A DNA stretch of 64,000 bases, taken from Candidatus Multivoradales bacterium (GTDB taxonomy: Bacteria > Acidobacteriota > Thermoanaerobaculia > Multivoradales > JAHEKO01). Shown here in pieces: positions 1-9,606 of this stretch. Each line of letters starts with the position of its first letter. Position 1 is the first letter of the stretch. Under the pieces are notes generated by a model that ran no database searches, had not been told where the DNA came from, and saw nothing but the letters and a program-made list of their open reading frames with translations. The stretch is taken from assembly GCA_965223155.1 (NCBI GenBank), contig CBDCVR010000013.1:736001-800000 (forward strand), read 5' to 3'. Made by a program: the position numbers and the translations under genes.

Positions 1-1677
1 CTCCCGGGGCCTGATCGACCGCAGGTTCCCCTCGGCGGTCCACATCTCCGCCAGTGCCGAGCGCAGCCGGGTACGCACGCCGGCGTCGAAAAAGGTCGCC
101 AGATCCTGGACGTCGTGTTCGTGGAGGACGCCCTCGGGCAGGATCGAGGCCAGCCCGCCGTCGTCGTCGCCGTGTTCGTCTTCGTGTTCGGCCTCGTCTT
201 CCGCGTCGGTCAGGGCGCGGCCGTCCACGAACTCCTCGCCCAGGAGGGTGCCGTAGCGCATGCGCAGCGCGCGCTGGTCGAAGCCCAGGGCCTGGCTTCT
301 GCGTGCCAGCTCTTCCTCTCCGAGGCCATCGGCCTCGGCCAGCAGCCTCTCGGTGTCCAGGATGATCTGGCGCTGGCTCCGGAAGAGATCGGGGACGGCG
401 AACACCGGCAGGCCCTCGCCCAGGCCGGCCGTAGCGCCCGACCCACCGGGCCGGCGCACGATGTGCGTCGTGCTTCGGGCCCGATTGGCCACCGGCGTCC
501 GGTTGTCGGCGGCCTCGACGTGGAAATAGAGATCGGTGCCAGGCACCACGCCCAGCTCATCCAGGTCCAGCGCGGTTCGATAGATACCGTCCGCACGGTC
601 ACCTTCGCGACGCGGCAGCCCGAACGAACGCTCCCGAAACTCCACCAGCTCACCGGTCCCAGAGGCCACCGTGACCACCAAGCGTGTTCGGACGACGGCG
701 AAGTCATCCTCGATCCGCGCCTCGACCGCAAGGCGACCGGCGTCCGCGCCTTCCGGGACCTCCAGCAACGTGAAGGCATCCGGATGGGCCACCTGAATGC
801 GAGGCTCTCGATCGGCGATCATCTCGAGCTTGGCCGGCTTGGTGCGCGCCACCGCGACCTCTTTCCGGAGCCGCTCGGCGAAGACCAGGCGGGATCTCTC
901 GAGCACCAGCTCCGCGCCTCGCCGAGTGTTGGACGAGGCGCCGACTTCGCTCTCGGACCCGAGTGGCAGGCGCTCGTCGTCGAAGACCGCCACCGCTCTC
1001 TCGCCCGGCCCCACCGGCCCGGCGTCGAGCCACAGGCGGGCGCCTTCGGGAATCCGGATCCGCCTCCCGCCGGCATCGGCCACTCCCCAAGGCTCGAGCC
1101 CGGTGTATTCCGGCGGCTGGATCTCGAGCCCCAGTCGGAGAGCGGACTCGGACGCCGGACCGGCGCCGGGAGCGGCGATATCGGTCGGCGAGCCGCCACC
1201 TCGGGCCATCCCGGCCGGCGGCAGGAACGACACCGCCCCCCAGGCGGCGGCCGCGAGCCCGAGACCGACCACCGCCAGAGCCGCGGCGTGCGATCCGGAA
1301 AGTCCCGGCAGCGGCACCGCCGCGACCTCGAGCCCGGACAGGGCCCTATCGATTCGCCGGCGCTGCAGACGCTGTACCGGCATCAGGTCCGAGGGCTCAG
1401 CCACCAGAAGCTCGGCGCTGTGCTCGAGCTCCGGCACGCCGCAGTCCAGTCGTTCCAGAAGCCGGCTACGAACGGGCGGCCGGCCGGCCCAGGCGGCGCA
1501 GGAAAAAACGATTGCGGCGCCGATCGCCGGTAGCCACCACCACGGCAGGCCGGCCCAAGCGGTTACCAGAACCGCGAGCGGCGCCAGGGCCACGGCGGCC
1601 GGCACCACCATCGCAGCCACGCGGCGGCGACGCCAACGCCGTTCCAAGCGGGCCAAGAACGCCGAAACGCCGGTCAT
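1..1677 (-). CDS. Large membrane-anchored protein of the TldD/MoxR/BatA gene cluster (DUF4175-like); partial, 3' end lies beyond the left edge
   Basis: Not in the ORF track because it has no stop in the window. ATG at 1677 overlaps the TGA of the upstream gene (ATGA). It reads MTGVSAFLARLERRWRRRR, then hydrophobic segments, later FFRSQRQIILDTERLL, GFDQRALRMRYGTLLGEE and ALAEMWTAEGNLR, motifs I recognise from the last gene of such clusters. Confidence 0.75.
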   Translation of the reverse strand, partial: MTGVSAFLARLERRWRRRRVAAMVVPAAVALAPLAVLVTAWAGLPWWWLPAIGAAIVFSCAAWAGRPPVRSRLLERLDCGVPELEHSAELLVAEPSDLMPVQRLQRRRIDRALSGLEVAAVPLPGLSGSHAAALAVVGLGLAAAAWGAVSFLPPAGMARGGGSPTDIAAPGAGPASESALRLGLEIQPPEYTGLEPWGVADAGGRRIRIPEGARLWLDAGPVGPGERAVAVFDDERLPLGSESEVGASSNTRRGAELVLERSRLVFAERLRKEVAVARTKPAKLEMIADREPRIQVAHPDAFTLLEVPEGADAGRLAVEARIEDDFAVVRTRLVVTVASGTGELVEFRERSFGLPRREGDRADGIYRTALDLDELGVVPGTDLYFHVEAADNRTPVANRARSTTHIVRRPGGSGATAGLGEGLPVFAVPDLFRSQRQIILDTERLLAEADGLGEEELARRSQALGFDQRALRMRYGTLLGEEFVDGRALTDAEDEAEHEDEHGDDDGGLASILPEGVLHEHDVQDLATFFDAGVRTRLRSALAEMWTAEGNLRSIRPRE

Positions 1678-3401
1678 GCGGGAGCCTCGTCCGGAACCTT
1701 GGTCTCAGCTCGATTCCCTGACCTAGCCGCGGCCCGGTCAGCGGTTCTTCCGGCCCAAGTCGGGCCGGCGGGCCGGCCACGACCCTCGCCAACCCCCAGG
1801 CTCCGATAGGCCAGGAGGCGCTCCAGCCCAAGCAACGTCACCAGCATCATCCAGAGTGCATCGCGAAGCCAGAAGGTGTCCCGGCGCAGCCGGGCGGGCG
1901 CGCCGACGACGGGCTCTGCCTCCCCAACCGAGTCGGTTCGTACCTGCTCCCAGGCAAGCACTTCGAGCCGCGAACCGTCCAGGCCGGCGGGCCGCACGCG
2001 ACTCGCCGGCCTCTCCGCCTCGAACCCGCCCGACTCTTCGGCCCAAGACTCGCCCGCGCCGGCGAGATCGAGAAGCAGGTCCTCGAGCCAAACCAGAAGC
2101 TCCGGGCTCGAGACCAGCGAGGACCACTGCGGATGAAAGCGTGAGTCGAACTCGAGCCGCCGGACGCCAGCCCACCGGCGAACGGCGAGCACCGCTTCTC
2201 CGGTCTCCAGGCGCCATAGTGGGAGCGGCGCCTCGGCGCCGGCGTCGTCCCGGCCTTGCCGGCGGCCACAGCGGGCAAACTCGACCCGGTCCCGACGACC
2301 CGCCCACAGGCCCCGGCAGGACCGCCACGGCGCCACGCCGTCAGTCACCAGCCATCCTCCGGGCCGCAGCTGGAGCGCCTCGGCTTCGGGCGCTTCGTCC
2401 GCCAGCCAGAAGAGGAGGTGCGCGACTTCGTCCGCAGCCGGGTCACCCCCGCTCGCGGCCGGCGCGAGCGGACCGTCGACCGTCAAGGTCAGCGGCAGCC
2501 GCCTACCCAGGACGGTGAGCGCGGCTGCCAGATGCCGAGCGTCGGTCGCGCGGTCGGGATCGGCGACCAAATGGACGGCAATCACGGGCCCGTTTCCCGG
2601 TCCGGACCAGCCGTCGTCCGAGGCGACCTGCCCGCCGTCGGCCAGCGTCAGGGTCGCCCTCGAGGCTGAGCCAGAAGGGCTTTCGGCGGTCAGGACCTCG
2701 ACGGCCGGCCGCCGATCGAACCATCGCCCCGCCGCCGAGCTCGCGCCCACGATGACTTGCGCCGACCCGTCGACGGCTGACCCAGGTGGACCGAGGCCGG
2801 CGATCCAGTAATTGACCGAGTCCGCGTCCGCAGCCGGTACCACATCCCAGGACACGCGCGGGCCCAGCCGGGGACGGGCACCGCGGAAGCCGGAAACGCG
2901 GCCGGAGGACAGCACCCGAATCTCGTGTCCCGGAAACTTCGCCTCGGCCTCCGCAGCCAGCGACCAGGCATCCACGTCGCGACCGGCGCCACTCGCAACG
3001 GGACCGCCGGCCGCGGTGATCTCTTGGAGCTCGGGGAAGCCGGGAGCCAGAAGGCGAACCTGAGTGCCGGCCGGCGGCTCGCCGGTTTGGAATCGCTCCG
3101 CCAGTACCGGATCGACCAGAAGCAGCTCGTTCTCGACGGCGGCGGGCTCCGCGGCCCGGCGCAAGGTTGGCCCGGCCAGGACCGCGGCCAGCACCGCCAG
3201 CAGCAGACACCGCACAGCCAGTAGCGGAAACTGACTTGGACTGAGGCGCCGCAGGTTCCGGCTCTCGGGACCCTCGAGAAACCGCGTGGTGCCCAGGCGG
3301 ACTGCCCGCCCGCGCCCCCGGCCCAGAAGATGGATCGCGATCGGCACGACGATCGCCGCCGTGCCCAAGAGCCATACCGGCGCAAGCCAGAACCAGGTCA
3401 C
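1674..3401 (-). CDS. BatA-like N-terminal double-transmembrane domain protein
   Basis: Likely start is the GTG at 3401, overlapping the upstream stop. N-terminus WLAPVWLLGTAAIVVPIAIHLL...FPLLAVRCLLLAVLAAVLAGP is typical of BatA N-terminal domains. C-terminal TM segment LWMMLVTLLGLERLLA. Confidence 0.85.
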   Translation of the reverse strand: MTWFWLAPVWLLGTAAIVVPIAIHLLGRGRGRAVRLGTTRFLEGPESRNLRRLSPSQFPLLAVRCLLLAVLAAVLAGPTLRRAAEPAAVENELLLVDPVLAERFQTGEPPAGTQVRLLAPGFPELQEITAAGGPVASGAGRDVDAWSLAAEAEAKFPGHEIRVLSSGRVSGFRGARPRLGPRVSWDVVPAADADSVNYWIAGLGPPGSAVDGSAQVIVGASSAAGRWFDRRPAVEVLTAESPSGSASRATLTLADGGQVASDDGWSGPGNGPVIAVHLVADPDRATDARHLAAALTVLGRRLPLTLTVDGPLAPAASGGDPAADEVAHLLFWLADEAPEAEALQLRPGGWLVTDGVAPWRSCRGLWAGRRDRVEFARCGRRQGRDDAGAEAPLPLWRLETGEAVLAVRRWAGVRRLEFDSRFHPQWSSLVSSPELLVWLEDLLLDLAGAGESWAEESGGFEAERPASRVRPAGLDGSRLEVLAWEQVRTDSVGEAEPVVGAPARLRRDTFWLRDALWMMLVTLLGLERLLAYRSLGVGEGRGRPAGPTWAGRTADRAAARSGNRAETKVPDEAPA

Positions 3402-4303
3402 GCGGCACCCCGCCGGAGCAATACGCTCCGGAGCACGCCGTCCAGTGGCTCGGTGATGTCTGCCAGCCGGTAGACGGCGCCGCGGGCCAGGGCCCGGTCC
3501 CGGCACGAGGACAGAAATGCCTCCAGCCGCTCGCGGTAGCCGGCGGCAAGCGCGCCCGCGTCTCCGGTCAGCCGCTCGCCGGTTTCGAGATCCACGAACT
3601 CGAAATCGCCGCGCCGCGACCAAGCCCGCTCCTCGGCCCCAACGAGCTGAAGGACGTAGACATCATGGCCGAGCGCGCGCCAGGTCTCGAGCGCGGCCCA
3701 AAACTCGCCATCGGCGTCGTAGAGATCCGACAGCAGCACGACGATCTCGCGCTCGCGCCGGTTGCAGCAGGCCGCGCACAGCGCTTCCCCGGAGGGCACG
3801 GACCCCACAGCCTCGGCCGCCTCGAGGGCCGCGAGGACGCGAGCCACGGCGGCTCCCCTGAGAGACGGCGCGAGGTCAACCGATGCGCCCCGGCCCAGCA
3901 GGTTGAGTGCCACCCGGTCTCCCTGACGGTCGGCCAGGTAGGCCATGCAGGCGGCCAGGTAGCGCGCGTAGTCCAGCTTGCTGGTCCCGCCTTCTTGGTA
4001 GGCCATCGACGCCGAAGCGTCGACCACGAGCCGCACGGTCACGTCCCGCTCCACCTCCGCGTCGCGTACGTACAGGCGCCCGCTCCGCGCCAGGAGCTTC
4101 CAGTCCAGGCGCCGGGGATCATCGCCCGGCTCGTAGCTACGGTACTGCTGGAACTCAACGCCGGGCCCGGGCCGGCGATCGGGATGCTCGCCCGACAAGA
4201 AGCCCTCCACCACCACCCGGGCGATGAGCCCCAAATCGCCGATCGCCTGGACGGCTTCCGTCGGCAGCAGGCGGTGGCCGGGCGTCCGCCGCCGGGCCTT
4301 CAT
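3398..4303 (-). CDS. DUF58 family protein (MoxR-associated, vWA-like)
   Basis: Motifs GEHPDRRPGPGVEFQQYRSYEPGDDPRRLDWK, VDASASM, LSDL and FVDLETG. Start ATG at 4303. Confidence 0.9.
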   Translation of the reverse strand: MKARRRTPGHRLLPTEAVQAIGDLGLIARVVVEGFLSGEHPDRRPGPGVEFQQYRSYEPGDDPRRLDWKLLARSGRLYVRDAEVERDVTVRLVVDASASMAYQEGGTSKLDYARYLAACMAYLADRQGDRVALNLLGRGASVDLAPSLRGAAVARVLAALEAAEAVGSVPSGEALCAACCNRREREIVVLLSDLYDADGEFWAALETWRALGHDVYVLQLVGAEERAWSRRGDFEFVDLETGERLTGDAGALAAGYRERLEAFLSSCRDRALARGAVYRLADITEPLDGVLRSVLLRRGAA

Positions 4304-4364
4304 CGCTCGCTTACCCCCGCCGGCGGCGGATCGATCCGGGTCGGGGACACGGCGGGCACGGTAG

Positions 4365-5387
4365 TCAGCTCGGCGCCGGCGTCGCCTCGAGAACGGCGGC
4401 GGCGACCTCATCGAGCGATCGTCTCTCCGCTTGCGCCTTGTAATTGACGACCAACCGGTGGCGCAGGACCGGCGGCACGACCTCGCGCACATCGTCCCCC
4501 AGCACCGAGTAGCGGCCGTCCAGGAAGGCTCGGGCCTTGGCCGCCAGCACGACCGCCTGGCCGGCCCGTGGACCGGCGCCCCAGTCGACGTAGTCACGCA
4601 CGGCCGCCACGTCGCTGTCCTGGGGACGAGTTGCCCGCACCAGCCGAGCGATCCAGCCTAGGAGCGGCCTGCTGACGTGGACCTGGCGCACGAGAGCCTG
4701 GGCCGCCAGCAGCTCCTCCGCCGCCATCACCGCCCGCACCGGGGCCGGGTCTTCCCCGGTCGTGGCCGCCAGGATCTCGACCTCGGTCTCCGCATCGGGA
4801 TAGGTCACTTCGAGTTGCATCAGGAACCGATCCAGCTGCGCTTCGGGGAGAGGATATGTCCCCGTCTGCTCGATCGGGTTCTGGGTCGCAAGCACGAAAA
4901 AGGGACGCTCCAGCGGATAGGTGACGCCGCCATAGGTGACCGCGTACTCCTGCATCGCCTCGAGCAGCGCCGACTGCGTCTTGGGAGGACTGCGGTTGAC
5001 CTCGTCGGCAAGTACCAGGTTGGCGAAAACCGGGCCTCGATGAAAGCGAAAGCTCTTGTCACCCCGATCTCCTGGCACCAGGATCTCGGTTCCCAGAATG
5101 TCGGACGGCATCAGATCGGGCGTAAACTGAATGCGTTTGAAGCCGAGCTCCAACGCCTCGCCCAGGGTCCGGATCATCAGCGTCTTGGCCAGCCCGGGCA
5201 CGCCTTCCAGCAGGCAGTGCCCGCCCGCCAAGAGCGCCACCAGAAGACCGCGCACCACCTCCCGCTGGCCCAGGATCACCTTGCCGATCTCGGCCTCCAG
5301 CTCCGACACCGTAGCCGCGATGCGTTCCACTTCGCGTTCGTCGACGCGTGCCGGGGAGCCTTCGATCAGAGCCGAATCGTCGTTCAT
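4365..5387 (-). CDS. moxR: MoxR family AAA+ ATPase
   Basis: Walker A EGVPGLAKT, RIQFTPDLMPSDI, Walker B LADEVNR, ATQNPIEQTGTYPLPEAQLDRF. Confidence 0.95.
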   Translation of the reverse strand: MNDDSALIEGSPARVDEREVERIAATVSELEAEIGKVILGQREVVRGLLVALLAGGHCLLEGVPGLAKTLMIRTLGEALELGFKRIQFTPDLMPSDILGTEILVPGDRGDKSFRFHRGPVFANLVLADEVNRSPPKTQSALLEAMQEYAVTYGGVTYPLERPFFVLATQNPIEQTGTYPLPEAQLDRFLMQLEVTYPDAETEVEILAATTGEDPAPVRAVMAAEELLAAQALVRQVHVSRPLLGWIARLVRATRPQDSDVAAVRDYVDWGAGPRAGQAVVLAAKARAFLDGRYSVLGDDVREVVPPVLRHRLVVNYKAQAERRSLDEVAAAVLEATPAPS

Positions 5388-5399
5388 TCCGTTGGCATC

Positions 5400-6026
5400 C
5401 TACGCGGTCATGGCGTAGACAACGACGTTGATTCCGAACTTGGTGTTGTCCTCGGCCAGCCAGCGCTTGTTGCGGTAGTCGTAGTCCCACTCGCAGCCGT
5501 AGTCCTTGTTGCTGTAGAGGACCCCGATCCGCCCGTCCACCTCGATCGCCTTCAGATAGTCGTGCACGAGGTCGTCTCCCCAGCCGTTGAGCTCGAACGA
5601 GGTCGTCGGCGGACCCTTGGGAAAGTCGAAGAAGCTCGAGTAGAGCTCGTGATCGTTGGGAATCTTGCCGAGCGAGCGCGAGCCGAAGATTCCGGCCATC
5701 TGCTCTTCGAACGAGCGGGCAAAGAGCCCGTCTACGTCGTGGTTGCAGTCGTCCACGAAGACGAAGCCGCCGTTGGCGACGTAGCGCTCGAAGTTGGTTC
5801 GCTCCTGCCGGTCGAACTCCACCAGCCTATGGCCGGCAAGATAGGTAAACGGCGCTTCCAGCATGCGCCGATCCCGCAGCGGTACGATCGCCTCCTCAGG
5901 ATCCACCCGGAGGGTGGTGTACTCGATTAGAGAGTTCAGCAGGTTGGACGGCATGCGCTGGTCCACGTCCCAGTCCCCCGAGTCGTACTGGAGCCGGGTG
6001 AAGCGGAAGTCGGTCCCGAGCCCCAT
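5400..6026 (-). CDS. DUF4159 domain protein
   Basis: FTRLQYDSGDWD, NGGFVFVDDCNHD, YSNKDYGCEW; typical position upstream of MoxR. Confidence 0.85.
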   Translation of the reverse strand: MGLGTDFRFTRLQYDSGDWDVDQRMPSNLLNSLIEYTTLRVDPEEAIVPLRDRRMLEAPFTYLAGHRLVEFDRQERTNFERYVANGGFVFVDDCNHDVDGLFARSFEEQMAGIFGSRSLGKIPNDHELYSSFFDFPKGPPTTSFELNGWGDDLVHDYLKAIEVDGRIGVLYSNKDYGCEWDYDYRNKRWLAEDNTKFGINVVVYAMTA

Positions 6027-6062
6027 TAGCGCATCATCCCCGCGCCTTGACCCGACGGCCGG

Positions 6063-7391
6063 CTAGACCGCGTCCGACAGCGACGAGAAGGTGAAGTCCC
6101 GGATCTTCATCGGCGGAATCAACATGCCGCCGATCCGTTCCGGCCGGCCCAACGCCTCGATGTTGTTGAGCATGATCACCGGACTCTCGTTGAATCGCAT
6201 GTTCTTGATCGGATAGGCGATCTTGCCGTTCTCGACGAAGAACGTCCCGTCCCGCGTCAGGCCCGTGTAAAGCAGGGTCTGGGGATCCACCGTGCGGATA
6301 TACCAGGTCCGGGTCACGAGGATACCCCGCTTGGTGTCGGCGATGAGATCCTCGAGCGACCCGTCGCCTCCCTCCATGACGCCGTTCTGAGGCTGCGGCA
6401 CCGCGGCGACCTCGTTCTTCTTGGCCCAGTACCGCGAGTAGTACATGTTGCGCACGACGCCCTTCTCGATCCAGAAGGTCTTGTCGCGCCGCCGGCCGTC
6501 TTGCGCCCAGGGCGAAACCGGAATCCGGGAATGCGTGGGATCGGAATACATCGTGACCCGTTCGTCCACGATCTTGTCCCCGAACTTGGTGCCGCCGCCT
6601 TTCCTTGCTAGAAAGCTCCGGCCCTCGGCGGCCTGGCGCGCGCCAAAGTTGAACATCATGCGCTGAAGTAGCCCCGAAGAGGCCGCCGGCTCCAGAATCA
6701 CGGTGTACTTGCCGGGCTCGATGGCCCGAGCCTCGCGGCTCCCCACCGCCTTCTGGATCGCGACCTCGGAGGCCGCGGCCGTGTCCAGGAGCTCGAGATC
6801 GTTGTAGTCACGGGTCGCGTAGCCCGAGCCGGTGCCGTCCTCGGTGCGCACGGTGACCGAGAAATCGACGCCCGTGTAGGGATGGTAGGCGAACAGACCC
6901 TTGCTGTTAGCCATCGCGTCGAAGCCGGTCGAGTCCTCCAGGAAGCCAGCCGCGACCAGGCTCTTCGCCCGCGACGGACCGATAGAATCGGCCGCCGCCT
7001 TGGCCCGAAACTCCGGACTGATCGCCGCGGTCGATTCGAAATAGGCGTTCGACTTGAGGTACTCGCGCGGTCCCAGAACCTCGACGAACTCGGGGTTCTC
7101 GGGCGCCAGCTTGGCCAGCTCCTCGGAACGCTGAACCACCTTTTCGAGCGAGGCGTCGTCAAACTCGTTGATGGTCGCGGTCCCCATGCGCTGGCCGAAG
7201 TTCGACTGCACCACAAGCGTCAGGTCGTCAACGGTCCCACTGGTGCTGACGGTATTGCGGGCGTAGCGGATATTGCCGTTGGTCTCGCCGTTCAGGTTCG
7301 CCTCGCAGCCGTCGGCTTTGGAAAAACCGAGGACCTTGTCCAGGATCGCCTTGCACTCGTCTCGACTCAGAATCACGCCGTCTTGCTTCAT
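6063..7391 (-). CDS. TldD/PmbA family protein, PmbA/TldE-like partner subunit
   Basis: IEPGKYTVILEPAA, GLTRDGTFFVENGKI, NMRFNESP. Lacks HExxxH. Start overlaps the tldD stop. Confidence 0.9.
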   Translation of the reverse strand: MKQDGVILSRDECKAILDKVLGFSKADGCEANLNGETNGNIRYARNTVSTSGTVDDLTLVVQSNFGQRMGTATINEFDDASLEKVVQRSEELAKLAPENPEFVEVLGPREYLKSNAYFESTAAISPEFRAKAAADSIGPSRAKSLVAAGFLEDSTGFDAMANSKGLFAYHPYTGVDFSVTVRTEDGTGSGYATRDYNDLELLDTAAASEVAIQKAVGSREARAIEPGKYTVILEPAASSGLLQRMMFNFGARQAAEGRSFLARKGGGTKFGDKIVDERVTMYSDPTHSRIPVSPWAQDGRRRDKTFWIEKGVVRNMYYSRYWAKKNEVAAVPQPQNGVMEGGDGSLEDLIADTKRGILVTRTWYIRTVDPQTLLYTGLTRDGTFFVENGKIAYPIKNMRFNESPVIMLNNIEALGRPERIGGMLIPPMKIRDFTFSSLSDAV

Positions 7392-9016
7392 ATCTTGCGC
7401 TCCGTGTTAATCACGTTGACCCCGTCAAATCGGGCGGTCGGACAGCCGTGCGAGACGGCGCTGATCTGGGAAGGCTGGCCCTTGCCATCGAAGAACGAGC
7501 CGCCCAGCCGGTAGTCGCTCTCGTCGCAGAGCTGCGAGCAAGAGTTCCAAAACTCCTGGGTGTTGGACTGGTAGGCCACGTCCCGCAGCATGCCGGTGAT
7601 CTCGCCGTTCTCGATCTCGTAGAAGAGCTGGCCGCCGAACTGAAAGTTGTACCGCTGCTGGTCGATGGAATAGGAACCGTCGCCGATGATGTAGATGCCC
7701 TTTTCGACGTCCTGGATCATCTGTGCCACCGAGCGAGGCGTGGTGCCGGCCGCGAGCGAAACGTTGGGCATGCGCTGGAACTGCACCGAGCTCCAACTGT
7801 CGCCGTAGCAGCAGCCGTGCGAGGCTTCCTCGCCCAGGATGTGGACCTGGTCGCGGATGGCCTGGTACCCGACCAGGACGCCGTCCTTGACCAGATCCCA
7901 GCGCCGGCAGGCGACGCCTTCGTCGTCGTAGGCGACCGCGCCCAGCGAGCCCGGCTGAGTCTTGTCCGCGAACAAGTGGACCAGGTCCGAGCCGTACTTG
8001 AAGGACCTGCTCTGCCACTTGTCCAGGGTCGCGAAGCTGGTGCCGGCGTAGTTGGCTTCATAGCCGAGAACGCGGTCCAGCTCCAGCGGGTGCCCGACGC
8101 TCTCGTGGATCGTCAGCCAAAGATGCGTCGGATCCAGCACCAACGTGTACTTGCCCGGATCGACCGACTTGGCCTCGTGCATCTCCTTGGCCTGGCGGCC
8201 GGCGGCGATGGCGTCCTCGACCATGTCGTAGCTGTTCCGGTACAGGGGTGTCACCGCGTCGATCTTGTCGGCGGCCTTGCCGTCCATGTATTCCCAGCCC
8301 ATGCCCATGGGCGAGCCCAGAGCCTGACGGGTCCGGAACTTCCCGGTCTCCTTGTTGACCGCGGTCACAAAGAAGTTGGGCCAGATCCGATGCACGTCCT
8401 GGTCGATGTACGAGCCGTCGGTGGACGCGAAGTACTTTTGCTCGTTGACCAGGAAGAGGAAGGAGTTGATAAAGGAGGCGCCGTTCTCCATCGCGGCCTC
8501 GTTGACCGCCATCAAGAGATCGACCTTCTCCGCGATCGACACGTCGGCGATCGCGTCCTTCTCGATCGGCGTCTTCCACGACACCTCCCCGACGCCCGGA
8601 GTCGGCGCCAGCACCACCGGCTCCTTCTGGATCCTGGCGTTGGCCTTGGCGATCGCCACCGCGCCCTCTGCCGCCTTCGCGATGGCATCGGCGGTCACGT
8701 CCGAGGTCGCGGCGAATCCCCAGGTGCCGTCGGCCACGACCCTGACGCCGGCACCGAAGGACTCGGTGTTGACGATGTTCTGGACCTTGTCCTCCCGAGT
8801 GATGACGAACTGGTTGAGGTACCTACCGATGCGAATGTCCGCGTAACTCGCGCCCTTGCCCCGGGCGGCGTTGAGCGCCACGTCGGCCAGGGCCTTGCTG
8901 TCGCCAGTCGGCACCGCTCCGGTCGCGCCAAACGCGCTCACCGGCCGGCCCAGGACCGGAACGACCAAGGTCCCCAGTCCGACGCCGCTAAGGCGCAGAA
9001 AGTCTCGTCTGTCCAC
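7388..9016 (-). CDS. tldD: TldD family metalloprotease with twin-arginine signal peptide
   Basis: HESVGH metal motif, YDDEG, RMPNVSL, FDGKGQP. N-terminal DRRDFLR plus hydrophobic stretch. RBS GGAGG upstream. Confidence 0.92.
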   Translation of the reverse strand: MDRRDFLRLSGVGLGTLVVPVLGRPVSAFGATGAVPTGDSKALADVALNAARGKGASYADIRIGRYLNQFVITREDKVQNIVNTESFGAGVRVVADGTWGFAATSDVTADAIAKAAEGAVAIAKANARIQKEPVVLAPTPGVGEVSWKTPIEKDAIADVSIAEKVDLLMAVNEAAMENGASFINSFLFLVNEQKYFASTDGSYIDQDVHRIWPNFFVTAVNKETGKFRTRQALGSPMGMGWEYMDGKAADKIDAVTPLYRNSYDMVEDAIAAGRQAKEMHEAKSVDPGKYTLVLDPTHLWLTIHESVGHPLELDRVLGYEANYAGTSFATLDKWQSRSFKYGSDLVHLFADKTQPGSLGAVAYDDEGVACRRWDLVKDGVLVGYQAIRDQVHILGEEASHGCCYGDSWSSVQFQRMPNVSLAAGTTPRSVAQMIQDVEKGIYIIGDGSYSIDQQRYNFQFGGQLFYEIENGEITGMLRDVAYQSNTQEFWNSCSQLCDESDYRLGGSFFDGKGQPSQISAVSHGCPTARFDGVNVINTERKI

Positions 9017-9072
9017 GATCAGCCTCCTTGTTGCTCGCGGGTCTCAACGGCGACGACCCGCTTCCAGATACG

Positions 9073-9098
9073 TACGCAAGCCGCCCCAGCTAGTTTTG
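9073..9098 (-). promoter_or_regulatory. Putative ECF-sigma promoter of the tldD operon
   Basis: Minus strand reads CAAAAC-N16-CGTA, ending about 56 nt upstream of the tldD start. Resembles the SigW-type consensus TGAAAC-N16-CGTA. Confidence 0.45.
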
Positions 9099-9364
9099 GC
9101 CTCGTCCGGAAGCCCGGGACGCCTGGCGCTGACATCGCTCGTCTCAAGAGGCCGCCATTGTACCGTGCCTCCAAGACAGCCAACCGGTTCCGGGACACCG
9201 CCGACAGCTCACCGCCCACCGACGATCCCGGAAACTGGACGGCTGGGGTCCAACCTTTCGAAGCCGCCTCGGCGCCCAGCCGGATGGAACGCGGCGCCGC
9301 AAAGCCTTGCCGGCAAGTGAGATACGGCGCGCACCGCCACGATCGCGGGCTCGGGCGAGACCGG

Positions 9365-9380
9365 CGGCACGGACCTTGCT
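9365..9380 (+). promoter_or_regulatory. Putative sigma54 -24/-12 promoter
   Basis: CGGCACGGACCTTGCT: GG at 9366-67 and GC at 9378-79 are separated by exactly 10 nt. Intergenic, facing the aldehyde dehydrogenase. Confidence 0.5.
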
Positions 9381-9606
9381 GTTACGGAATACCGCGCCGC
9401 GGCAAGGTCCGCGGACTCCGGTCCCGGACCCAGCCACGGCGCGCTCACCTGGCTCGGACTCCCGAGCCGACCCGCCCCGCCCAGTCTCTAGCCCCCTTTC
9501 CTCTACCCCCGCGCCGGCCCCCTGAACAGGGCGGCCGGCCCCGCCTCGTCTAGGGGCAAGCCCTTGCCGCCGCGATCGGCTCCCGGACCGGTACAATCGT
9601 GGCGCC

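Noticed and set aside
9019-9219. 66-aa ORF upstream of tldD as a Tld substrate or precursor peptide
   Set aside because: No RBS or RiPP-like features, and it overlaps the predicted promoter elements. Probably non-coding.
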